A stretch of 64,000 bases of DNA. It comes from a virus (taxonomy: Duplodnaviria > Caudoviricetes). The notes beneath the pieces were generated by a model. The model was given only the letters and a program-made list of their open reading frames with translations, made no database searches and was not told where the DNA came from. Numbering within the stretch: position 1 is the stretch's first letter; every line of letters starts with the position of its first letter. The translations under genes were made by a program, and so were the position numbers. Below, piece after piece: positions 56,240-64,000 of this stretch. The DNA lies in IMG/VR virus record IMGVR_UViG_3300036546_000248; one strand, given 5' to 3'.

Positions 56240-56527
56240 CTATGTTTCTTTTGAATCTGATTGTGCTTGGGGTCGTATTACCTCCACGGTTCGAAGGATG
56301 CGAGGTCTTTGAAGGATAACCTTTAAGCGACCTTGGGGATCACGGTACAACAAGCTGGCATCGTGTGCCAGTAGGATGCGACCATCGGAGAGGGTATATC
56401 GTACGTTACGAATCGAACGTTTGGACACCCCGTAACGTTGAGGCTCCACTCCTGTCACGATCGCACCCAAGATCGGAAGGTAGTCGTTTACTTGTAGCTT
56501 GAAGAGGTCAACGTTTAGGTTTTGCAT
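56240..56527 (-). CDS. Hypothetical protein
   Basis: 95 aa overlapping the end of the upstream gene. Confidence 0.55.
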   Translation of the reverse strand: MQNLNVDLFKLQVNDYLPILGAIVTGVEPQRYGVSKRSIRNVRYTLSDGRILLAHDASLLYRDPQGRLKVILQRPRILRTVEVIRPQAQSDSKET

Positions 56528-57282
56528 TTAGCCCCCTTCTTGGTAGGGATTTTAACCGGTACCTGTTCGGGCGGATCAATAGGCAGTTTATCATCAGGGA
56601 TTTCTGAAACCTCGCTGACAGTACCTTTGAACATAGCACGAATGTTGGGGTGTAGGCTATTTATCAACACCTCTGGATCAACGGGAGTATCGAAGTGCTT
56701 GATCTCCCGATCCAACACCCACTCTCGTTTCTCCTCGTTATAGACAGCTTCAATGTAGGACCCGTCGCTGGAGCTAGGGTCAACTGTTGAGGCCATCCGA
56801 AAGAGCAGGACAGGGTCGGTTTGAAAGATGTTCTTACTGGCATCGAAATAAAAGCTCCCACTCCCGCAGGCTTTCACTTTCCGGTTGGCAGGGCTCTTGT
56901 GAAAGATTCGTTCGTTAATGAACAGTCTCACACAGTCACCGGTTTCCAGACACAGTAGAAATGTGGAGGGTGTGGGCAAACCAACGATTTTGTAGATCAT
57001 CTCCTCGCTACCCGAGAAGGAGTCCAGAAATTGTTCTAAAGGACACTGTAGTCGCTGCATGAACTCACCAAAGGCTTTCATGCCTGACGTAGTGCCTGCT
57101 GCCCCCATGAGTTGGATTTGTCGACAACTGTCCCAGAAGAAACCTGGACCAAAGGTTTCTAACTTGGTCGTTCGATCGTTTACGAGATCGGTGTCGCCTT
57201 TGACCCCCACGAAGCCCTTTTGTCGAATCGATGCACGGGTGTCGGCAATGATGCGATCACCCAGATAAACTACTGTGGTCAT
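56515..57282 (-). CDS. Ntn-hydrolase / HslV-proteasome-beta-like peptidase
   Basis: N-terminal MTTVV...IIADT, MGAAG and ACGSGS match the Thr-nucleophile family pattern. Confidence 0.6.
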   Translation of the reverse strand: MTTVVYLGDRIIADTRASIRQKGFVGVKGDTDLVNDRTTKLETFGPGFFWDSCRQIQLMGAAGTTSGMKAFGEFMQRLQCPLEQFLDSFSGSEEMIYKIVGLPTPSTFLLCLETGDCVRLFINERIFHKSPANRKVKACGSGSFYFDASKNIFQTDPVLLFRMASTVDPSSSDGSYIEAVYNEEKREWVLDREIKHFDTPVDPEVLINSLHPNIRAMFKGTVSEVSEIPDDKLPIDPPEQVPVKIPTKKGAKCKT

Positions 57283-57339
57283 GGTCTGACTCGCTTAGAG
57301 TTTGATAGTGTAGGAGATGAGCTTCATCTATTCGAATAG

Positions 57340-57347
57340 GTAATATA
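57340..57347 (-). promoter_or_regulatory. Early promoter TATATTAC
   Basis: Exact consensus, AT-rich upstream region, downstream hairpin. Confidence 0.75.
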
Positions 57348-57400
57348 GGTTTAAATATATTTTCGATGACGGCATATACCCGCCCGTAGGCGGGTACAGG

Positions 57401-58117
57401 TTACCAATGGGCACTCGGCGGCTCTTGGTAGGAAAGCATGTCGGCGTGTAGGACCTTGATGCCTTTGTACTCCGAACTGCTGAGCTGTCGGACATTCTGG
57501 GCGTCTTCGGTATCCCACTCTTTCATCGACCGAGTAAAGGTCATGATCCAATAACCTTCCGTCAGGGTCAGTCCTTTGAAAGCACGAACTTCGCAGCCTC
57601 GATTGACTTCGAACACCACCTCCACTTCCCAGATGCTGTTGCCTTTAAGAACGTTCTGGGTACTGACAGTGCGGTAGAAGAACTTACCGATTACCTTGGC
57701 AGGGTAGCTCCACTTCTTAGCCGTGTAGGGCACCAACCAGCGCTCATCGCTGATGCGTACATCGTTAAGAAGCTTCTTCTTAGGCAGAAGGCTGATTTCA
57801 CTTTCAAACCCATAGATGTACCACCCACCCCTCCAACCATCGTCTACATCGTTATCGAGGAACTCGTTGATGTCGTTCTGGTAGCCCAAGATACAACCAA
57901 TGATCGTAGGTGCGGTCGAAATACGCGGAACCGTGCGGTCTTCTTTCTGTGCAGTGCGACGCGTCAGCGAAGGAACGAACTGCTTGATCTTAGGGTCGAG
58001 TGAGATGTGGTAAAGCCACCGCTGACCCAGTTCGCTGGGGGATACGATCGTGACGTTCTCAGCGACTCCGTTGTTAAAGTTGGAGAGGTATTTCTCCATC
58101 AATTCTTTATCATTCAT
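57401..58117 (-). CDS. ART-fold-like hypothetical protein
   Basis: LYHIS...FVP...PRISTAPTIIGCILG pattern. Confidence 0.45.
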   Translation of the reverse strand: MNDKELMEKYLSNFNNGVAENVTIVSPSELGQRWLYHISLDPKIKQFVPSLTRRTAQKEDRTVPRISTAPTIIGCILGYQNDINEFLDNDVDDGWRGGWYIYGFESEISLLPKKKLLNDVRISDERWLVPYTAKKWSYPAKVIGKFFYRTVSTQNVLKGNSIWEVEVVFEVNRGCEVRAFKGLTLTEGYWIMTFTRSMKEWDTEDAQNVRQLSSSEYKGIKVLHADMLSYQEPPSAHW

Positions 58118-58173
58118 TTCAGTTTACCGTAGCAGGCGGGTAAGTGGAATCATAGATATCCCTTGTTCAACGG

Positions 58174-58208
58174 GGCATAACAAAGCTGCTGGCGAACCAG
58201 CAGCTTTG
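58174..58208 (-). terminator. Hairpin plus TTATGCC after the protease
   Basis: GGCATAA-CAAAGCTGCTGG-CGAA-CCAGCAGCTTTG. Confidence 0.8.
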
Positions 58209-58213
58209 CATAC

Positions 58214-58975
58214 TTACCAGCGAGCGCTTGGGGGCAGTACCAGATCGGAACCGACCTTCTTCTTCCAACCGAAGTCGACGAAGATGGTTTTGCAGATCTC
58301 GTTAACCGACTCCATGCCTACACCCTTGGCTTCACCCAGACTCTCCACCATCTGACGACTGAAAACCGCATCGTCAAACGATTCCAGAGAAGGCGAGTGC
58401 CACTTCTTGGCAACCGCGATACCCGGCTCATTCACGTAGTCCCACGTGATGATGGAACGGATGTGCTTAACCAGACGACCCCCTTCAACCCGATCGTCAG
58501 TCAGACTGCGAACCGAGAAGCAGACGTTTTCATCCTTGCTCTCCAAAGAGGCACGAAGGAATTCGCCTTTAGGACCACTGGGTTTAACGCGACCCACAAC
58601 AGCAACCACGCGATTGCCGTCTTTGTCTTTGACCGCGTTCTGTTCCAGACGCACATCTTTGAAGTGACAACAGACGTTGTCTTCGTAGATGGTCGACACC
58701 CGTTGGAGGAAGCTCGACATGTTCTGGTTGGGGTCTTTCTTCGGGTGACCGTATTCACCGCGACAAGCCCCAGTTTCAATCCGACGCATCAGAGTCGAAG
58801 ACGCTTCGAACAATGAACGCGCCGTAGACAGCGGGTAGAAAGCTCCACCGCTGTTGTAGCAGTCCAACCCACCCAGCACCAGTTCGTAGTAGCCATCGCT
58901 GTCAGCCGAAAGCTTACCCGTCTTATTGGTGCCGACTAGGGCGGTACAGCCATAGACTACCCGTTCTGTAGACAT
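58214..58975 (-). CDS. Prohead (head maturation) protease (phiKZ gp175-like)
   Basis: GEYGHP (His), FSVRS (Ser), TWDYVNEPGI, C-terminal autocleavage-like PSLES. Confidence 0.9.
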   Translation of the reverse strand: MSTERVVYGCTALVGTNKTGKLSADSDGYYELVLGGLDCYNSGGAFYPLSTARSLFEASSTLMRRIETGACRGEYGHPKKDPNQNMSSFLQRVSTIYEDNVCCHFKDVRLEQNAVKDKDGNRVVAVVGRVKPSGPKGEFLRASLESKDENVCFSVRSLTDDRVEGGRLVKHIRSIITWDYVNEPGIAVAKKWHSPSLESFDDAVFSRQMVESLGEAKGVGMESVNEICKTIFVDFGWKKKVGSDLVLPPSARW

Positions 58976-58979
58976 ACCC

Positions 58980-59705
58980 TTACCTTCTTAAGAGTCCTTC
59001 GATCGGCTCGACCGTTTCTGTCGGATTCACCAAAGCAGAGGTGAGGCCTTCTTCCCAGTACGCACCGATCAGTTTTGCTGTGGTGTTACTCGCCCCGTAG
59101 GTGACACTACGCAACGGGATAAACGTCGGAACCTGAGTCCCCAGATCCTGCCGATCATTCAGCTGGTGGCGGAAGTACTTGGTACGGTCTTTCTCCGAAC
59201 GACTGATTGCTGCCATGATCATTTCGATCACCGCAAAGTTAGCACCCACCGAAACACCCGCATGGTGAGGCGCACTCTCAAACAGACGACCCATGTCTTC
59301 GTAACCCATAAACCAAGGAACGTTCCCCTTGGCCATGATCTCCGAGTAGATCAAATAGATGAAGGTGTCGGCCTTCACCAGTTCCGTACTGGAGATAACG
59401 GTGCTACCCGGATCGAAAACGAACTCCAGGTACTCGTCTTCTCCAACCTTAACGGTGTTTGTCACCGTGGGTTCGATGCGCATCATGGCCATGGCGGAGG
59501 AGACCCCATAGTACTGGTCATCCACCACAATGGCAAAGAGACCACAGATGTTAGTCTCGTTGCCCAACACAGCCAATTGTTGCTCGGCGAAACGGGCCGG
59601 GATGTAGATTTTCACCCCTTTGATCGCAACGACCGACCCGTCCTCGAGTTCCTTCAATGCAGCATGAACCTTCGAAGCGTCGCGTGTCAGCTTTTTAGGG
59701 TCCAT
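58980..59705 (-). CDS. Conserved virion protein (phiKZ gp176-like)
   Basis: 241 aa; synteny with protease and RNAP beta. Confidence 0.65.
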   Translation of the reverse strand: MDPKKLTRDASKVHAALKELEDGSVVAIKGVKIYIPARFAEQQLAVLGNETNICGLFAIVVDDQYYGVSSAMAMMRIEPTVTNTVKVGEDEYLEFVFDPGSTVISSTELVKADTFIYLIYSEIMAKGNVPWFMGYEDMGRLFESAPHHAGVSVGANFAVIEMIMAAISRSEKDRTKYFRHQLNDRQDLGTQVPTFIPLRSVTYGASNTTAKLIGAYWEEGLTSALVNPTETVEPIEGLLRR

Positions 59706-59717
59706 AACGTTCTCGTG

Positions 59718-61160
59718 TTACGCCGAAGCGTCGACTTTGATCAGTTGTGTCAGCCAGTCGGCCACCACTTCCATTGCGCCGAAGAAGGCTGCTTCACGCA
59801 CCGGAAGATCCGGATGAGCTTCACAGGCACTGTCGATGGCAACCAGGATGTCGAAGGCCATGGTGTGTGGGTAGATCACACTGCACACGGTCTTACGGAC
59901 CGAGTAGTACAGGTTTTCTTTCTGCCACCCATTCGGAAGGTTACGCATGTAGTCGTTCAGGACCGACAGGTACTTCTTGCGATCGACCAGCAGTTCGTCT
60001 TCCGGCAGCTGAAGGATCTCTTGTTCCACAGCCTTGTTCAACCCCACCAGGGTGTGGTTGTCCAGTTGCAGACGGCGCTCGCTTTGCAGCAGGCGCTGTT
60101 GGCGAGCCCACGCATTTACGTACGCTTCTTTGCGCTCAAGCAGCAGGTTGTAGTTGCTCAGGCGATCGGTACAGAATGCACCGAAGAGTACATCCGGCGA
60201 ACCGCCTTCTTGCAGCCACTTGTTGTACACGTCACCGTTGACTTCGATCACCACAGGGGTGATGCCGAGGTCGCTGACTTGATGCTGAGACCAACTGGAG
60301 ACCAGTGTCTTGTTCTTGGCAGCTGCTTCGCGGCGCTCGATCTGACGACACAGAGCACGACCAGCTTGTGCCATGATTGCGGTGATGTATTCCTTGTACT
60401 GCTCAGGGGTGGTCTTCACACCTTCCGGAATGTTGTCCACCAGTTTCTGGGCAATCAGGAATACCAGCAGCGGTTGGTTCGGGCTGACCCGCAGGTAGTT
60501 CAGATACGTCAGAATGGTCGGAACGTAGTCCTCACTCTCCGTTACGAACAGACGGCGATACAGGTCGCTCAGGGTGCCGGGTTCCAGCGTACGAACCAGA
60601 TCCATCAGCTCTTCATCGAAGCGCGTGAGACCGGTACTGATCAGCTCGAACTCGTTCTCCACGGTCGGCATCGGTACCTTGATGGACAGGCGAATGTCGT
60701 TGACAGCCGTTTCGGTGAAACGCTCCACCATCCCGGTCAGGTAGTGGCTCGACCACACCTTGTGGTAGTGAAGTGGGGTAATGCTGATCGCACCAGCATC
60801 AACCGCCTGCTTGTTGGAAACGTACTCTTGAGTCGCCTCCAGAACACGCTTGACCATCGGGTTGACCTTGTTCTGGGTCAGGTCGAGGTTGAAGTTGACA
60901 GTCTTCTCGACCACATCAACAATCTCGTCCATCACGAGGTCGTGTTCACAGATACCCTGTTGGTTCTTGTACAGCGAACCCGAGAGCAGGCGATTCTCGA
61001 AGTCCAGACCAATCAAACCCCCTTGGTCAGGCATCGGGATGCTACCGGCACTGATCAGCGTCGCCAGCGGCGAGCTTTCAACAGGCGCCAAAGCGACATT
61101 GGCATTAGCCAACTTATCAGCCAGCGCAACTACGCTGTTGAGTGTGTTTTGACGAATCAT
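59718..61160 (-). CDS. Conserved protein (phiKZ gp177-like)
   Basis: 480 aa; synteny; high-expression codon bias. Confidence 0.65.
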   Translation of the reverse strand: MIRQNTLNSVVALADKLANANVALAPVESSPLATLISAGSIPMPDQGGLIGLDFENRLLSGSLYKNQQGICEHDLVMDEIVDVVEKTVNFNLDLTQNKVNPMVKRVLEATQEYVSNKQAVDAGAISITPLHYHKVWSSHYLTGMVERFTETAVNDIRLSIKVPMPTVENEFELISTGLTRFDEELMDLVRTLEPGTLSDLYRRLFVTESEDYVPTILTYLNYLRVSPNQPLLVFLIAQKLVDNIPEGVKTTPEQYKEYITAIMAQAGRALCRQIERREAAAKNKTLVSSWSQHQVSDLGITPVVIEVNGDVYNKWLQEGGSPDVLFGAFCTDRLSNYNLLLERKEAYVNAWARQQRLLQSERRLQLDNHTLVGLNKAVEQEILQLPEDELLVDRKKYLSVLNDYMRNLPNGWQKENLYYSVRKTVCSVIYPHTMAFDILVAIDSACEAHPDLPVREAAFFGAMEVVADWLTQLIKVDASA

Positions 61161-61354
61161 TAGACCACCCCGTGTTTCTTGGTCAGTTTGCGTTGAATGA
61201 CAGCGACCAAGGCACCCTTGGTAGCACCGTCGTTTTGCAGCTGACCATCGATGTGGTTGGAGACTGCATTGCCGGCAATGCGACGCATGATGGCTGCACC
61301 CAGCTCGGCGGCATTGGCGAGCACCGTGGCGTTTTGCTCGAATTTCTTACTCAT
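61160..61354 (-). CDS. Small hypothetical protein
   Basis: 64 aa with AAGG RBS; 1-nt overlap with the downstream gene. Confidence 0.55.
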   Translation of the reverse strand: MSKKFEQNATVLANAAELGAAIMRRIAGNAVSNHIDGQLQNDGATKGALVAVIQRKLTKKHGVV

Positions 61355-61388
61355 GGGAAGACCTTCCGTTTACTAAAAGGGAGGGGCT

Positions 61389-64000
61389 TTACGCCCCTCG
61401 ATAAACCTTGACGGCTTGTTTGGCAATCACCTTCAACAGGGTGGTGGTGGTACCGATCAAATCCGGCGACAACACGATACGGTTGCTGATACTGGTGTAT
61501 CCGAAGATGGCATCCAGATCTTCACCGGACTCCGTGCGGTTCTCACCCGACATCACGCGCCCAAAGATGGTTTTCATTTGGTTGGCGAACACGCCCTTGT
61601 CACCGACCCCGGTCCCGATGTTCGAAGTGATATACACCCGTATCGCCATCGAATCCAAGTTCAGGGGATTACCCCCAATACGCAGTGAACTGTCCACTTG
61701 GCCGGTCAGAACGGTTTTGTTCATCCCCTTGGCAAACTTAGCACGTGCTTTGTCTGCAGCCACGGCAACCGTCCGAATGGATTCGGACATGTCCTCCAGA
61801 TCGCCGTTATAGAAGACCTCGACCTTTTCGACTAGCCCTTCGTACTTGGCTCTAGGGGTTTGTGACCCCAACAGACGCAAGGTATCGATAGAGTTTTCAT
61901 CAAACAGTTCGTTGTCCGCCGTCACGGCATCTTCAATCGTACATAAAATATCGTCCGCTTCAAGCTTTTGCCCAACTTTGACCAGAGAATGGAGCTTCTG
62001 ATCAAAGGTGACCACGATATCTCGTACCTTGGTGATCTTGGTACCCAGCTTGTTAGCCAAGCGCTCAGAGATCACAGAGGAGTCTTCCAGCGTGTCAGTC
62101 GATTCCAGCAATGCCGTCTTTGCCAAGATCCCCGTCTTCATCAACAGGAATTTCGGATTCAACGGGTCGATTTGGAAATAGTTGGTGTTGTAGGCAATGG
62201 GTTCACCTACCTTGAACTTATCGCCCGCTTTCAGTGGAGTGACCACATTGTGCGGGAACATGGTTCCGGCCACCGTACCAAACCGACGTCCTAACTGGAT
62301 GCTTTTGGAAGTACCGTTCTTGTACGCGATGGTGATAGCCTCATCAGTCACCTGTACCACGGTCCCATCATCTTTAGCCGTTGTGGCGTAGAGATCATCC
62401 ACTCGGTGAGCAACCATCTGCTCATAACCTGTCCGCACCATCGCAGGCTCGTAACCCTCCGAGAACATCGTCGAGTGATACTGAATCCCAACGAAGTTAA
62501 CCCGCTTCGGATCGTCTCGGTCGGAACCGGGAGAGATCAAGGCGGCTGTACTGAACAGTGTAGCGGGGCTGTCGTTTTTCGGATCGTAACGGTTGCTGGT
62601 ACCCCGTAGCGATTTGAAGTTTGGATCAGCCGACAGGAACGTGTTGATTGCTACGTCCCCGGAGTCTACTGTCGCTTCAGAAATTACCCCCATGTCGTTG
62701 CGGTGATAAATACGGCTTTTCTTAACCATCGAGCGACGGCTACGACCACCCGTACCTCCCATGGTAACGGCTTCTTGTTCACGCAAACATTCAATCGGAT
62801 TGGATTCCTCCACCATCCCTTTTGAGGGGTCTTCTTGAATGGCTTGCCAGATTGCATTAGGTGGCATCTCGATCTTGTTGTTCGAGGCGCCGCGCCGTGC
62901 TTGGTGAGTCCGTATCGAACGCACCATTTCGGTGTAGACCGCTCCAGCAATACGCTCGTAACCCTTGATGCGCATGAACTCCATGTCCGTCTCTGCAGGC
63001 GACCAGTCAGTCGTCAACAGTTCAGTGGCACGAACCACCAACCCAATCCAATCGGTGGGTTCTTGCATTTCCACCAACAGGTCATGGGTGATCGGATCAA
63101 TGAACATGTCTTTCAACAGGTCCAGTTCACGCAGGTAACGAATACCAATGCCATTAGCTTCCAAGACGTTCAGGTACACGTCCTTGCGGTCGAAGTCGTA
63201 AACGTTGTAATTGCGGATGGTCTTGTGGTAGCTGTTAAAACCTGCCATAACCAATGCGACCAAGCGATCATCACGGTGGAAGACCAGGTTCTCATCAGCA
63301 AAGCGCACCACATATTCCCCATCGGTCAATTTCAACCGATCCCCCACCTGAACACGGCGATAGGCCGAAGGCTTTAAGGCCTTGATCAGCTTCTCCAAGC
63401 CCAAGTAGTAACCGAGTACCAGACCGATTGGAATCTCTTTGTTGTACACCTTAAGCTCAGCCACTTCGATAGGAGCTTTGCTAGTGTCCAACCCAATCAA
63501 CTCCTCGATGCTCTCGATCGGTTGAGGTCCGCGGTTCTTCAACACAAACAACATGTTGCTCGGGTCAACATAGACAACATCCGACCCTTGCTTGCCGATA
63601 GGAGTCAATCCCTTGGCTTCAGGGCGGTTGACCGCCTTCTCACCAAAGTTCTCCATCAGTTTGCTGTAGTCGAAGAAGAAGTCAATCCCCTTAACCGTAA
63701 AGCTGCGGAACTTGTGGGCCAACAGACTGTAAAGCTTAGGTGTCTTGTTGAGCGGGTTAAAGACGTTGGTGGGTTTGAGGTTTGTGACGCGATTGTCCTT
63801 ACTATCCAACCCGATCGCCATGATCTGGTTACACAACCAACCTGGGTAGTTGTGTACGGCTTTCTCAGACCGCGAGATAAAGCTCTTGCCGTAGTAGCTG
63901 GTCAGTGCCACCCGATTCGGCAACACTTTACGGATGGGCATGTCGCCACGTTGTTTACGCAGGTGGTAACGCACCCCGTTAGCGAAGTATGTACCATCTT
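61389..64000 (-). CDS. Virion RNA polymerase beta subunit (phiKZ gp178-like), 5'-partial
   Basis: GGTGGRS, MGVISEATVDSGDV, EDSSVISE, GVGDKGVFANQMKT are beta-like motifs; frame is open to the window edge (DGTYFANGVRY). Confidence 0.88.
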   Translation of the reverse strand, partial: DGTYFANGVRYHLRKQRGDMPIRKVLPNRVALTSYYGKSFISRSEKAVHNYPGWLCNQIMAIGLDSKDNRVTNLKPTNVFNPLNKTPKLYSLLAHKFRSFTVKGIDFFFDYSKLMENFGEKAVNRPEAKGLTPIGKQGSDVVYVDPSNMLFVLKNRGPQPIESIEELIGLDTSKAPIEVAELKVYNKEIPIGLVLGYYLGLEKLIKALKPSAYRRVQVGDRLKLTDGEYVVRFADENLVFHRDDRLVALVMAGFNSYHKTIRNYNVYDFDRKDVYLNVLEANGIGIRYLRELDLLKDMFIDPITHDLLVEMQEPTDWIGLVVRATELLTTDWSPAETDMEFMRIKGYERIAGAVYTEMVRSIRTHQARRGASNNKIEMPPNAIWQAIQEDPSKGMVEESNPIECLREQEAVTMGGTGGRSRRSMVKKSRIYHRNDMGVISEATVDSGDVAINTFLSADPNFKSLRGTSNRYDPKNDSPATLFSTAALISPGSDRDDPKRVNFVGIQYHSTMFSEGYEPAMVRTGYEQMVAHRVDDLYATTAKDDGTVVQVTDEAITIAYKNGTSKSIQLGRRFGTVAGTMFPHNVVTPLKAGDKFKVGEPIAYNTNYFQIDPLNPKFLLMKTGILAKTALLESTDTLEDSSVISERLANKLGTKITKVRDIVVTFDQKLHSLVKVGQKLEADDILCTIEDAVTADNELFDENSIDTLRLLGSQTPRAKYEGLVEKVEVFYNGDLEDMSESIRTVAVAADKARAKFAKGMNKTVLTGQVDSSLRIGGNPLNLDSMAIRVYITSNIGTGVGDKGVFANQMKTIFGRVMSGENRTESGEDLDAIFGYTSISNRIVLSPDLIGTTTTLLKVIAKQAVKVYRGA

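Noticed and set aside
59166-61163. 665-aa plus-strand ORF
   Set aside because: Antisense shadow of the gp176/gp177-like genes.
1-64000. tRNA genes, CRISPR arrays, DGR reverse transcriptase, inteins
   Set aside because: By eye I found no cloverleaf with T-loop, no regularly spaced repeat-spacer array, no RT motifs and no C...HN intein ends; tRNAscan-SE and CRISPR finders were not run.

Overview
A 64 kb segment of a nucleus-forming jumbo phage (phiKZ-like, Chimalliviridae), mostly coded on the minus strand. Reading the minus strand from the right end: virion RNAP beta subunit (5'-partial), two conserved structural genes, prohead protease, a cluster of small early genes, an internal head protein, tail tube and sheath (plus strand), three tail/baseplate genes, large terminase, a family of Trp-anchored fibre-like proteins, dCTP deaminase, SLOG, ParB-like and HD proteins, PhuZ tubulin, a chain of overlapping small genes, a CYTH protein, family B DNA polymerase, nuclear shell protein ChmA, the non-virion RNAP beta' N-terminal subunit split by a group I intron with an HNH endonuclease exactly inside the NADFDGD motif, SbcD/Mre11, a ChmC-like protein, a gp68-like nvRNAP subunit and a PicA/Imp1-like gene (3'-partial, absent from the ORF track). 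The least explained signals are non-coding: about 18 hairpins followed by a TTATGC(C)/TTATGTC tail instead of a plain U-tract, at least 9 covarying stem-[NAGG]-stem hairpins over Shine-Dalgarno sites, TATATTAC early promoters followed by hairpins, and two long intergenic islands sharing a 14-mer. No tRNA or CRISPR array was seen. Homology calls come from motif recognition and synteny from memory; no search was run.
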